Below are positions 13,101 to 24,001 of a stretch of DNA of 64,000 nucleotides, in pieces. The notes below the pieces were generated by a model that was not told where the DNA came from, ran no database searches, and saw only the letters and a program-made list of their open reading frames with translations. The stretch spans positions 3,410,001 to 3,474,000 of the forward strand of contig NC_043021.1 in the NCBI RefSeq assembly GCF_006345805.1. The letters are read 5' to 3'. A program made the translations under genes and the position numbers. How positions within the stretch are numbered: position 1 is the stretch's first letter; each line of letters starts with the position of its first letter. The stretch comes from Octopus sinensis. Its lineage: Eukaryota.

Positions 13101-16100
13101 CTACTAATAACTATTTCTCTCCCAAGGAAGGAAGAAATGGCTGCCGGCCGATTCTTGGTGGGCCACGACCCCCCCGTTCCTCTTCAATTGTCTTATATTT
13201 CTTTCGATCGCCATTCGCCCCCCCCCCTTTTCTCCGCCACCCTATATGCATATAAACCAGCGACTGATTTCAACGGCCTCACTTGAATTCAGACTGGTAT
13301 CCGACTCCCTACGAAAATACGAAATACGAAATATGAATCCAAGCTAAGCAATCTATATTTAATTTCAACCCGTGTACCTACTTAACTATCTGCAACTGAT
13401 CTGATCTTTTAGTTAGCCCTTTTTATCTCTATTAGTATTATTGTTATGACTTGTGAAATTTAGCCTCACGCCTTGTGTCTTTTTTATATGTACATAATTC
13501 TAATTCTATAGTTCATCTTAATTATATATCGTTGTCTCATGTCTTGTGTTAAATATATATTTAATCTTAAAGCTTGCCCCTAATTTTATTTTATTTTATC
13601 GATCAGTCTCACGCCTCGTAGATATAGAATAAATGTATTTATAATTTATAGCTCCTTATCGTCCACGCTTCTCCCATAGGTTAGGCAAAATTTAGGTATT
13701 TATTTATAGCTACTAATAACTATTTCTCTCCCAAGGAAGGAAGAAATGGCTGCCGGCCGATTCTTGGTGGGCCACGACCCCCCCGTTCCTCTTCAATTGT
13801 CTTATATTTCTTTCGATCGCCATTCGCCATTCGCCCCCCCCCCTTTCTCCGCCACCCTATATGCATATAAACCAGCGACTGATTTCAACGGCCTCACTTG
13901 AATTCAGACTGGTATCCGACTCCCTACGAAAATACGAAATACGAAATATGAATCCAAGCTAAGCAATCTATATTTAATTTCAACCCGTGTACCTACTTAA
14001 CTATCTGCAACTGATCTGATCTTTTAGTTAGCCCTGTTTTATCTCTATTAGTATTATTGTTATGACTTGTGAAATTTAGCCTCACGCCTTGTGTCTTTTT
14101 ATATGTACATATAATTCTAATTCTATAGTTCATCTTAATTATATATCGTTGTCTCATGTCTTGTGTTAAATATATATTTAATCTTAAAGCTTGCCCCTAA
14201 TTTTATTTTATTTTATCGATCAGTCTCACGCCTCGTAGATATAGAATAAATGTATTTATAATTTATAGCTCCTTATCGTCCACGCTTCTCCCATAGGTTA
14301 GGCAAAATTTAGGTATTTATTTATAGCTACTAATAACTATTTCTCTCCAAGGAAGGAAGAAATGGCTGCCGGCCGATTCTTGGTGGGCCACGACCCCCCC
14401 GTTCCTCTTCAATTGTCTTATATTTCTTTCGATCGCCATTCGCCCCCCCCCCCTTTTCTCCGCCACCCTATATGCATATAAACCAGCGACTGATTTCAAC
14501 GGCCTCACTTGAATTCAGACTGGTATCCGACTCCCTACGAAAATACGAAATACGAAATATGAATCCAAGCTAAGCAATCTATATTTAATTTCAACCCGTG
14601 TACCTACTTAACTATCTGCAACTGATCTGATCTTTTAGTTAGCCCTGTTTTATCTCTATTAGTATTATTGTTATGACTTGTGAAATTTAGCCTCACGCCT
14701 TGTGTCTTTTTTTATGTACATATAATTCTAATTCTATAGTTCATCTTAATTATATATCGTTGTCTCATGTCTTGTGTTAAATATATATTTAATCTTAAAG
14801 CTTGCCCCTAATTTTATTTTATTTTATCGATCAGTCTCACGCCTCGTAGATATAGAATAAATGTATTTATAATTTATAGCTCCTTATCGTCCACGCTTCT
14901 CTCCCATAGGTTAGGCAAAATTTAGGTATTTATTTATAGCTACTAATAACTATTTCTCTCCCAAGGAAGGAAGAAATGGCTGCCGGCCGATTCTTGGTGG
15001 GCCACGACCCCCCCGTTCCTCTTCAATTGTCTTATATCTCTTTCGATCGCCATTCGCCCCCCCCCCTTTCTCCGCCACCCTATATGCATATAAACCAGCG
15101 ACTGATTTCAACGGCCTCACTTGAATTCAGACTGGTATCCGACTCCCTACGAAAATACGAAATACGAAATATGAATCCAAGCTAAGCAATCTATATTTAA
15201 TTTCAACCCGTGTACCTACTTAACTATCTGCAACTGATCTGATCTTTTAGTTAGCCCTGTTTTATCTCTATTAGTATTATTGTTATGACTTGTGAAATTT
15301 AGCCTCACGCCTTGTGTCTTTTTTATATGTACATATAATTCTATAGTTCATCTTAATTATATATCGTTGTCTCATGTCTTGTGTTAAATATATATTTAAT
15401 CTTAAAGCTTGCCCCTAATTTTATTTTTTTTATCGATCAGTCTCACGCCTCGTAGATATAGAATAAATGTATTTATAATTTATAGCTCCTTATCGTCCAC
15501 GCTTCTCCCATAGGTTAGGCAAAATTTAGGTATTTATTTATAGCTACTAATAACTATTTCTCTCCCAAGGAAGGAAGAAATGGCTGCCGGCCGATTCTTG
15601 GTGGGCCACGACCCCCCCTTCCTCTTCAATTGTCTTATATTTCTTTCGATCGCCATCGCCCCCCCCCCCTTTTCTCCGCCACCCTATATGCATATAAACC
15701 AGCGACTGATTTCAACGGCCTCACTTGATTCATTCAGACTGGTATCCGACTCCCTACGAAAATACGAAATACGAAATATGAATCCAAGCTAAGCAATCTA
15801 TATTTAATTTCAACCCGTGTACCTACTTAACTATCTGCAACTGATCTGATCTTTTAGTTAGCCCTGTTTTATCTCTATTAGTATTATTGTTATGACTTGT
15901 GAAATTTAGCCTCACGCCTTGTGTCTTTTTTATATGTACATATAATTCTAATTCTATAGTTCATCTTAATTATATATCGTTGTCTCATGTCTTGTGTTAA
16001 ATATATATTTATCTTAAAGCTTGCCCCTAATTTTATTTTATTTTATCGATCAGTCTCACGCCTCGTAGATATAGAATAAATGTATTTATAATTTATAGCT

Positions 16101-17997
16101 CCTTATCGTCCACGCTTCTCCCATAGGTTAGGCAAAATTTAGGTATTTATTTATAGCTACTAATAACTATTTCTCTCCCAAGGAAGGAAGAAATGGCTGC
16201 CGGCCGATTCTTGGTGGGCCACACGACCCCCCCGTTCCTTCCTCTTCAATTGTCTTATATTTCTTTCGATCGCCATTCGCCCCCCCCCTTTCTCCGCCAC
16301 CCTATATGCATATAAACCAGCGACTGATTTCAACGGCCTCACTTGAATTCAGACTGGTATCCGACTCCCTACGAAAATACGAAATACGAAATATGAATCC
16401 AAGCTAAGCAATCTATATTTAATTTCAACCCGTGTACCTACTTAACTATCTGCAACTGATCTGATCTTTTAGTTAGCCCTGTTTTATCTCTATTAGTATT
16501 ATTGTTATGACTTGTGAAATTTAGCCTCACGCCTTGTGTCTTTTTTATATGTACATATAATTCTAATTCTATAGTTCATCTTAATTATATATCGTTGTCT
16601 CATGTCTTGTGTTAAATATATATTTAATCTTAAAGCTTGCCCCTAATTTTATTTTATTTTATCGATCAGTCTCACGCCTCGTAGATATAGAATAAATGTA
16701 TTTATAATTTATAGCTCCTTATCGTCCACGCTTCTCCCATAGGTTAGGCAAAATTTAGGTATTTATTTATAGCTACTAATAACTATTTCTCTCCCAAGGG
16801 AAGAAATGGCTGCCGGCCGATTCTTGGTGGGCCACGACCCCCCCGTTCCTCTTCAATTGTCTTATATTTCTTTCGATCGCCATTCGCCCCCCCCCTTTCT
16901 CCGCCACCCTATATGCATATAAACCAGCGACTGATTTCAACGGCCTCACTTGAATTCAGACTGGTATCCGACTCCCTACGAAAATACGAAATACGAAATA
17001 TGAATCCAAGCTAAGCAATCTATATTTAATTTCAACCCGTGTACCTACTTAACTATCTGCAACTGATCTGATCTTTTAGTTAGCCCTGTTTTATCTCTAT
17101 TAGTATTATTGTTATGACTTGTGAAATTTAGCCTCACGCCTTGTGTCTTTTTATATGTACATATAATTCTAATTCTATAGTTCATCTTAATTATATATCG
17201 TTGTCTCATGTCTTGTGTTAAATATATATTTAATCTTAAAGCTTGCCCCTAATTTTATTTTATTTTATCGATCAGTCTCACGCCTCGTAGATATAGAATA
17301 AATGTATTTATAATTTATAGCTCCTTATCGTCCACGCTTCTCCCATAGGTTAGGCAAAATTTAGGTATTTATTTATAGCTACTAATAACTATTTCTCTCC
17401 CAAGGAAGGAAAATGGCTGCCGGCCGATTCTTGGTGGGCCACGACCCCCCCGTTCCTCTTCAATTGTCTTATATTTCTTTCGATCGCCATTCGCCCCCTT
17501 TTCTCCGCCCCTCTCCGCCACCCTATATGCATATAAACCAGCGACTGATTTCAACGGCCTCACTTGAATTCAGACTGGTATCCGACTCCCTACGAAAATA
17601 CGAAATACGAAATATGAATCCAAGCTAAGCAATCTATATTTAATTTCAACCCGTGTACCTACTTAACTATCTGCAACTGATCTGATCTTTTAGTTAGCCC
17701 TGTTTTATCTCTATTAGTATTATTGTTATGACTTGTGAAATTTAGCCTCACGCCTTGTGTCTTTTTTATATGTACATTATTCTAATTCTATAGTTCATCT
17801 TAATTATATATCGTTGTCTCATGTCTTGTGTTAAATATATATTTAATCTTAAAGCTTGCCCCTAATTTTATTTTATTTTATCGATCAGTCTCACGCCTCG
17901 TAGATATAGAATAAATGTATTTATAATTTATAGCTCCTTATCGTCCACGCTTCTCCCATAGGTTAGGCAAAATTTAGGTATTTATTTATAGCTACTA
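7189..17997 (+). repeat. Tandem array of ~611-bp monomers, 17 full copies + 0.7 copy
   Basis: The CCGACTCCC register recurs at 7189, 7800, 8411, 9017, 9632, 10239, 10854, 11464, 12072, 12690, 13301, 13916, 14527, 15139, 15746, 16361, 16968 and 17582. Copies are nearly identical, differing mostly in homopolymer length. The last copy stops at GCTACTA (17997). Confidence 0.98.
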
Positions 17998-18200
17998 GCC
18001 CGGTTTTCGCGGTGCACCCCCCCCCCCCCCCCCCCCCACCACCGGTACAGGAAGTCCTAAATTTTTCTCATCCTTGTCTCCCTTATACACTCAAAGTCTT
18101 ACGCCACCCCCACCTCCTTCCATAAAAGGTAGTGTTCAGTCATTGCAAGATATGTTTAGTGTTGTATACGAGGTTTGAACTTAAGTTCCATTGTTTGTCT

Positions 18201-21200
18201 ATGAATACTGCCAAACGCGAGTTTTCTTTTCAGGTACATGACGCTATTAGGACCAATACCACTTCCACCCCCACCCACAGCCTCAGGGTTGGCACCCTCA
18301 ACGTCGGCACACTGAAAGGCAGATCTGGCGAGATAGTTGAATTGCTTGAACGGAGGTGGGTTGATATATGCTGCATTCAAGAAGTGAGGTGGAGAGGAGG
18401 TTCTGCTAGGTTCCTCACAGGCAAAGGACAGAGGTACAAGATTTTCTGGGCTGGGAATACTGACGGAGTCGGGGGTGTGGGCATGCTTATCGCCGAAAAA
18501 TGGGTAGATAAGGTAATCGAGGTAGTCAGAGTAAGTGACAGAATAATTAAGATTAGATTAGTGCTCCACCATAGTTTAGCAACTATTATATCGGCCTATG
18601 CCCCTCAGCCAGGGCTACCTGATGGACAGAAAGACTGTTTCTATGACACCCTACTGCAGACCACATCATTGACGAACGACAGGGACCTTCTCTTTGTGGC
18701 TGGTGACTTCAATGGGCATGTTGGACGACGTGCTGGGGGCTTCCATGGCGTGCATGGAGGCTACGGTTATGGTTCCCGCAACGAGGAGGGAACCAGGCTG
18801 CTGGAGTTCTGCGATGCGAATAGTCTTATGATTTGCAACACTAACTTCAGGAAACCGACAAGCCACCTGGTCACCTACCGATCGGGCCGGCATACTAGCC
18901 AAATCGACTACATCCTTGCCAGAAAAAGGGAAAGATGGCTGCTTATAAATGCCAAAACCTTCCCAAGTGAAGAATGCACCCCACAACATAGACTGGTAGT
19001 TAGTGACTTTAGGATCAGGACTAAGAGGGCGACTAGAAGACGACCAACATGGAGAAGAAGGGTCTGGAAGCTTAAAGACCCTGCGAATGGACAGAGATTT
19101 AGAGATATGTTATTTGAAGCTTTAGACGAAATGGAAGGGAGTATAGCTACGCATGGGGTAGAAGACAACTGGACGCTTCTGAGGGACAACCTGCTGAAAG
19201 CCGCTGACCAGATCTGTGGCTGGTGCAAAGTCCCCTTAAGACCCAAAATAACGTGGTGGTGGAACAATATTGTTGACAGGGCTATTAGACAAAAGAAACA
19301 GGCTTGGAAGGCCTGGAAGAACGGTGGTAGCAGGGAAGTGTATCAGTCTGCCAGAAGGGAAGCCAGGAGACAGGTCTATCTAGCCAGAGGGGAAGCAGAG
19401 AAGGAAAAATTTGCCAATGTCCTGCGTCGTGAGGATGAAAGACTTGAGGTATTTCGTGTTGCAAGACAGTGTGTGAGAGAGAATCGTGACGTGGTAGGAG
19501 AGAAATGTGTTCGCAAGGAGGACGGTTCACTTGCACTTAATGAGGGTGCAAAGAGAGAGACTTGGAGACGCCACTATGATAGGTTGCTGAATGAAGAAAA
19601 TGAATGGGATAAAGAGAGTCTGCCGAATGTCGACCCAACAGAGGGACCAGCAATCCGAGTTAACAGTTCCTTAGTAGATAAGGCAATTAGAAGCATGAAA
19701 ACAGGGAAAGCCCCAGGCCCATCAGGAATTACTGCAGAGATGCTCAAAATATCTGGTGGTGTCGGCTATAGCTTAGTCACCCGTATAGTTAACCAGGTGA
19801 TACACGAGGGGGTCATACCCAATGACTGGTGTAGCAGCATAATAGTCAACTGCTACAAAGGTAAAGGCGACGCCCTAGAGACAAATAACTACAGGGGCAT
19901 CAAGCTGCTGGATCAGGTAATGAAGGTTACGGAGAGGGTTGTAGCCGAACTAATTAGAGAGAGAGTTACCTTAGATGATATGCAGTTTGGGTTCGTGCCA
20001 GGGAAAAGTACTACTGATGCTATATTCCTGGTAAGACAGCTGCAGGAGAAATACCTAGCCAAAGATAAGCCCTTGTACCTGGCTTTTGTTGACTTGGAGA
20101 AAGCCTTTGACAGGGTCCCCCGGTCCCTTATCTGGTGGTCAATGAGGAAACTAGGGATAGAAGAATGGTTGGTGAGAGCTGTGCAAGCCATGTACAGAGA
20201 CGCTGCTAGTAAGGTGAGGGTGGGCAACGAGTACAGTGAAGAATTCCGGGTAGAGGTTGGGGTCCACCAAGGTTCAGTCCTCAGTCCCCTCCTATTTATC
20301 ATAGTCCTCCAGGCAATAACGGAGGAATTCAAGACAGGTTGCCCCTGGGAGCTCCTCTATGCTGATGACCTTGCTCTAATTGCTGAGTCACTATCAGAAC
20401 TGGAGGAGAAGTTCCAGGTGTGGAAACAAGGATTAGAATCGAAGGGCCTTAGAATCAACCTAGCCAAAACCAAAGTTCTAATAAGTAGGAAGGTAGATCA
20501 ATCACAAACGCCTTCAGGTAGATGGCCCTGCTCGATCTGTAAAAAAGGTGTAGGTAGAAACTCTATAAGATGCACCAAGTGTAAGCTATGGACACATAAG
20601 AGGTGCAGCAATGTCAAAGGAAGGCTAACTAGGAAAATAGTTTTTGTCTGTGGCAAATGCTCAGGAGCAATAAACACTGGAAATATGCAGAGACCAACTT
20701 CTGCCACGTTCCAGGGAGACAAACTAGAAGTAGTTGATAGCTTCCGCTACCTAGGAGACCAAGTCAGTAGCGGGGGTGGGTGTGCTGAAAGTGTAACTGC
20801 TAGAGTAAGAATAGCCTGGGCAAAGTTTAGAGAGCTCTTACCCCTGCTGGTGACAAAAGGCCTCTCGCTCAGAGTAAAAGGCAGACTGTATGATGCATGT
20901 GTACGTACAGCCATGCTACATGGTAGTGAAACATGGGCCGTGACTGCTGAGGATATGCGTAAGCTCGCAAGAAATGAAGCCAGTATGCTCCGATGGATGT
21001 GTAATGTCAGTGTTCATAATCGTCAGAGTGTAAGTTCCTTGAGAGAAAAGCTGAACCTAAGAAGCGTCAGTTGTGGCGTGCAAGAGAGACGGCTGCGCTG
21101 GTATGGTCATGTGACAAGAAAGGCTGAAGATAGTTGTGTGCAAAAGTGCTACACCCTAGCAGTGGAGGGAACCTGTGGAAGAGGTAGACCCAGGAAAACC

Positions 21201-21311
21201 TGGGACGAGGTGGTGAAGCACGACCTTCGAACTTTAGGTCTCACTAAGGAAATGTCTAGAGACCGAGACCTATGGAAGTATGCTGTGCATGAGAAGACCC
21301 GGCAAGACTAG
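18201..21311 (+). CDS. RTE retrotransposon polyprotein: apurinic-like endonuclease + reverse transcriptase + inserted PHD-type zinc finger
   Basis: First ATG at 18201 (the frame is open from 18132). APE motifs: GTLNVGTL, CIQEVRW, SAYAPQ, AGDFNGHVG, QIDYIL, QHRLVV. RT motifs: KAPGPSG, QFGF, FVDLEKAFD, GVHQGSVLSP, LYADDL. RTE-type C-terminus: RLRWYGHV, GRGRPRKTW. No stops or frameshifts. Confidence 0.96.
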   Translation: MNTAKREFSFQVHDAIRTNTTSTPTHSLRVGTLNVGTLKGRSGEIVELLERRWVDICCIQEVRWRGGSARFLTGKGQRYKIFWAGNTDGVGGVGMLIAEKWVDKVIEVVRVSDRIIKIRLVLHHSLATIISAYAPQPGLPDGQKDCFYDTLLQTTSLTNDRDLLFVAGDFNGHVGRRAGGFHGVHGGYGYGSRNEEGTRLLEFCDANSLMICNTNFRKPTSHLVTYRSGRHTSQIDYILARKRERWLLINAKTFPSEECTPQHRLVVSDFRIRTKRATRRRPTWRRRVWKLKDPANGQRFRDMLFEALDEMEGSIATHGVEDNWTLLRDNLLKAADQICGWCKVPLRPKITWWWNNIVDRAIRQKKQAWKAWKNGGSREVYQSARREARRQVYLARGEAEKEKFANVLRREDERLEVFRVARQCVRENRDVVGEKCVRKEDGSLALNEGAKRETWRRHYDRLLNEENEWDKESLPNVDPTEGPAIRVNSSLVDKAIRSMKTGKAPGPSGITAEMLKISGGVGYSLVTRIVNQVIHEGVIPNDWCSSIIVNCYKGKGDALETNNYRGIKLLDQVMKVTERVVAELIRERVTLDDMQFGFVPGKSTTDAIFLVRQLQEKYLAKDKPLYLAFVDLEKAFDRVPRSLIWWSMRKLGIEEWLVRAVQAMYRDAASKVRVGNEYSEEFRVEVGVHQGSVLSPLLFIIVLQAITEEFKTGCPWELLYADDLALIAESLSELEEKFQVWKQGLESKGLRINLAKTKVLISRKVDQSQTPSGRWPCSICKKGVGRNSIRCTKCKLWTHKRCSNVKGRLTRKIVFVCGKCSGAINTGNMQRPTSATFQGDKLEVVDSFRYLGDQVSSGGGCAESVTARVRIAWAKFRELLPLLVTKGLSLRVKGRLYDACVRTAMLHGSETWAVTAEDMRKLARNEASMLRWMCNVSVHNRQSVSSLREKLNLRSVSCGVQERRLRWYGHVTRKAEDSCVQKCYTLAVEGTCGRGRPRKTWDEVVKHDLRTLGLTKEMSRDRDLWKYAVHEKTRQD

Positions 21312-21342
21312 TCAGGCCATAACCCGTGCCCCGACCTGGGAC

Positions 21343-22865
21343 GTAGTCAGTCCTGTGCATACCTTCCTTCTTGTGACACTTATGAAGACCTGTTGAGGCA
21401 AGTGAAAATCAAATCAAATCAAAACAAATCAAAATAGATGAACATCAGTGGAATTGTATTCTTTGTGGTACCAGTGCCGGTGGCACACAAGAAAACCACC
21501 CAAACGTGGCCGTAACCAGTACCGCATCGACTGGCCTCCGTGCTGTGGGCACAACAAACACCATCCGATCGTGGCCGTTCGCCAGCCTCATCTGGCACCT
21601 GTGCCGGTGGCACATAAAGACACCATCCGAAGACCCGGCGACGTAGTCAGTCCACCTGTGCATACCTTCCCTCTTATGACACTTGTGAAGACCTGTTGAG
21701 GCAAGTGTGTGACACTTGTGAAGACCTGTTGAGGCAAGTGAAAATCAAACCAAATCAAAATAGATGAATATCAATGGAATTTGTATCTTTGTGGTTCCAG
21801 TACCGGTGGCACACAAGAAAACCATCCGAAGTGGCCGTAGCTGGTACCGCATCGACTGGCCTCCGTGCTGTGGGCACAACAAACACCATCTGATCGTGGC
21901 CGTTCGCCAGCCTCACCTGGCACCTGTGTCGGTGGCACATAAAAACACACCATCCAAGACCCGGCGACGTAGTCAGTCCACCTGTGCATACCTTCCCTCT
22001 TATGACACTTGTGAAGACCTGTTGAGGCAGAGGCAAGTGTGTGACACTTTGTGAAGACCTGTTGAGGCAGAGGCAAGTGTGTGACACTTGTGGAGACCTG
22101 TTGAGGCAAGTGTGTGACACGCGTGACACTTGTGAAGACCTGTTGAGGCAAGTGAAAATCAAACCAAATCAAAATAGATGAACATCAATGGAATTTGTAT
22201 CTTTGTGGTTCCAGTACCGGTGGCACACAAGAAAACCATCCGATCGTGGCCGTTCGCCAGCCACATCTGGCACCTGTGTCGGTGGCACATAAAGACACCA
22301 TCCGAAGACCCGGCGACGTAGACAGTCCACCTGTGCATACCTTCCTTCTTGTGACACTTGTGAAGACCTGTTGAGGCAAGTGAAAATCAAATCAAATCAA
22401 AACAAATCAAAATAGATGAGCATAAATGGAATTTGTATCTTTGTGGTACCAGTGCCGGTGGCACACAAGAAAATCATCCGAACGTGGCCGTAGCCAGTAC
22501 CGCATAGACTGGCCTCCGTGCTTTGGGGACGTAACAAACACCATCCGATCGTGGCCGTCCGCCAGCCTCATCTGGCACCTGTGTCGGTGGCACATAAAAA
22601 CACCATCCGAGCGTGGCCGTCTGCCAGCCTCGTCTGGCACCTGCCAGCCTCATCTGGCACCTGTGTCGGTGGCACATAAAAACACCATCCGAGCGTGGCC
22701 GTCTGCCAGCCTCGTCTGGCACCTGTGTCGGTGGCACATAAAACACCATCCGAGCGTGGCCGTCTGCCAGCCTCGTCTGCACCTGTGTCGGTGGCACATA
22801 AAAAACACATCCGAGCGTGGCCGTTCGCCAGCCTCGTCTGGCACCTGTGTCGGTGGCACATAAAA
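21343..22865 (+). repeat. Nested tandem repeats of the RTE 3' UTR
   Basis: Units of ~300-350 bp start at 21343, 21643, 21969 and 22318. They contain internal ~30-bp repeats (TGACACTTGTGAAGACCTGTTGAGGCAAG). Terminal ~50-60-bp repeats carry the GTGCC-GGT-GGCAC hairpin or variants of it. Confidence 0.9.
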
Positions 22866-23038
22866 TCACCCACTACACTCTCGGAGTGGTTGGCGTTAGG
22901 AAGGGCATCCAGCTGTAGAAACACTGCCAGATCTGACTGGCCTGGTGCAGCCTTCGGGCTCCCCAGACCCCAGTTGAACCGTCCAACCCATGCTAGCATG
23001 GAAAACGGACGCTAAATGATGATGATGATGATGATGAT

Positions 23039-23054
23039 ATATATATATATATAT

Positions 23055-23088
<34 letters not shown>

Positions 23089-23256
23089 ATATATATATAC
23101 ACGACAGGCTTCTTTCATTTCTGTCTACCAAATCCACTCACAAGGCATTGGTCGGCCCGGGGCTATAGTAGAAGACACTTGTCCAAGATGCCACACAGTG
23201 GGACTGAACCCGGTACCATGTGGTTGGTTAGCAAGCTACTTACCACACAGCCACTC
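23039..23256 (-). mobile_element. tRNA-derived SINE family A, 5' half (continuation of 6965-7188)
   Basis: (TA)n followed by ACGACAGGCTTCTTTCA...CCACACAGCCACTC, which follows the microsatellite in intact copies. Confidence 0.9.
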
Positions 23257-23509
23257 GTGTTATTAAGGATCTGTAGGATTACATTAACGTAGAACAAAGA
23301 GTTAGATGTCAACATGTCAAAGAAGAAAGTTCTATTTTATCGCAGGGCCATCTGAGAAATGGTCTTATTCAATGTGTAGGCACAGGAACTCAATTCTGCA
23401 TATTCAGTGAAAGCAGTGGATGCACAAATGGTGTGGTGGAATCTCAGGAAGATTGACTGAATTAAGACTTCAGATATGATAGATGGACGTGTATCCTCTT
23501 CTTTTTTAA

Positions 23510-23734
23510 CCCTTTCGTTACTAACCCGGCTGAAACCGGCTCTGGCTCTGTAGTACAAATGTCTTGTTTTCATAAGTTTTGAATTAAAATCTTTCACCAA
23601 ACCTTAGTCACAATTAATGTTCCTAAAACTAGCTGAATGACAACCAAGTTATTTTACTAAATTCTTTGTTATATTTAAAATAATTGAGAGAAAAACAGAG
23701 AATCTCAAAATAAATAAATACAGTAATGAAAGGG
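23510..23734. mobile_element. piggyBac-type MITE
   Basis: TTAA|CCCTTT...AAAGGG|TTAA; an inverted sister copy lies at 41027-41237. Confidence 0.85.
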
Positions 23735-24001
23735 TTAAGATGGCCAGGTGCTATTTGAGAGAGATTTTTTTGTCGCTATGTCTAACAGGTTGAGCAGGCT
23801 ATATTCCTTCATTGGCTCTGTACATTTGTAGATTCTGATAGCCGTAACTATGGAGATGGGCAAGATAGACTCAGTCAGAATACGGCAGTTATTGCTTATA
23901 TGCACTTATTGTTGATTGCCTGCATCCCAGTTGGAGGCAAAGGTTACGATAGCCAAGATGACGATATCTATCTGCTGCTGCTGCTGGACTATCAGGGTTA
24001 A

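Larger units (their letters stand above)
17998..23038 (+). mobile_element. Full-length RTE-clade non-LTR retrotransposon (5' UTR with poly-C, single ORF, 1.7-kb repeated 3' UTR, (TGA)n tail)
   Basis: Single intact APE-RT ORF; 3' end CCCATGCTAGCATGGAAAACGGACGCTAAA(TGA)n at ~22987-23038. Confidence 0.95.

Noticed and set aside
7189-17997. 611-bp array as a cluster of 5S, snRNA, SL RNA, tRNA or histone genes, or as a coding repeat
   Set aside because: I found no recognisable 5S/U1/U2/U6/tRNA sequence, Sm site or histone ORF on either strand. The 60-72-aa ORFs appear only in some copies, depending on homopolymer indels.
17998-18130. HDV-like ribozyme at the RTE 5' end (known in some RTEs)
   Set aside because: It starts with G and has a CCGG/CCGG pairing, but no complete nested double pseudoknot could be drawn by hand.
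18132-18200. TTG start of the 1059-aa ORF as given in the track
   Set aside because: The first ATG is at 18201, just before the APE motifs; the upstream part is likely UTR.
21390-21407. Hammerhead-like CTGTTGA-GGCAAGT-GAAA in the RTE 3' UTR repeats
   Set aside because: The invariant A6 is U, and no stem III or stem I can be formed.
22560-22865. CRISPR-like regularly spaced repeats
   Set aside because: Eukaryotic context; the inter-repeat sequences are themselves repeated rather than unique spacers; no cas genes; part of the LINE 3' UTR.
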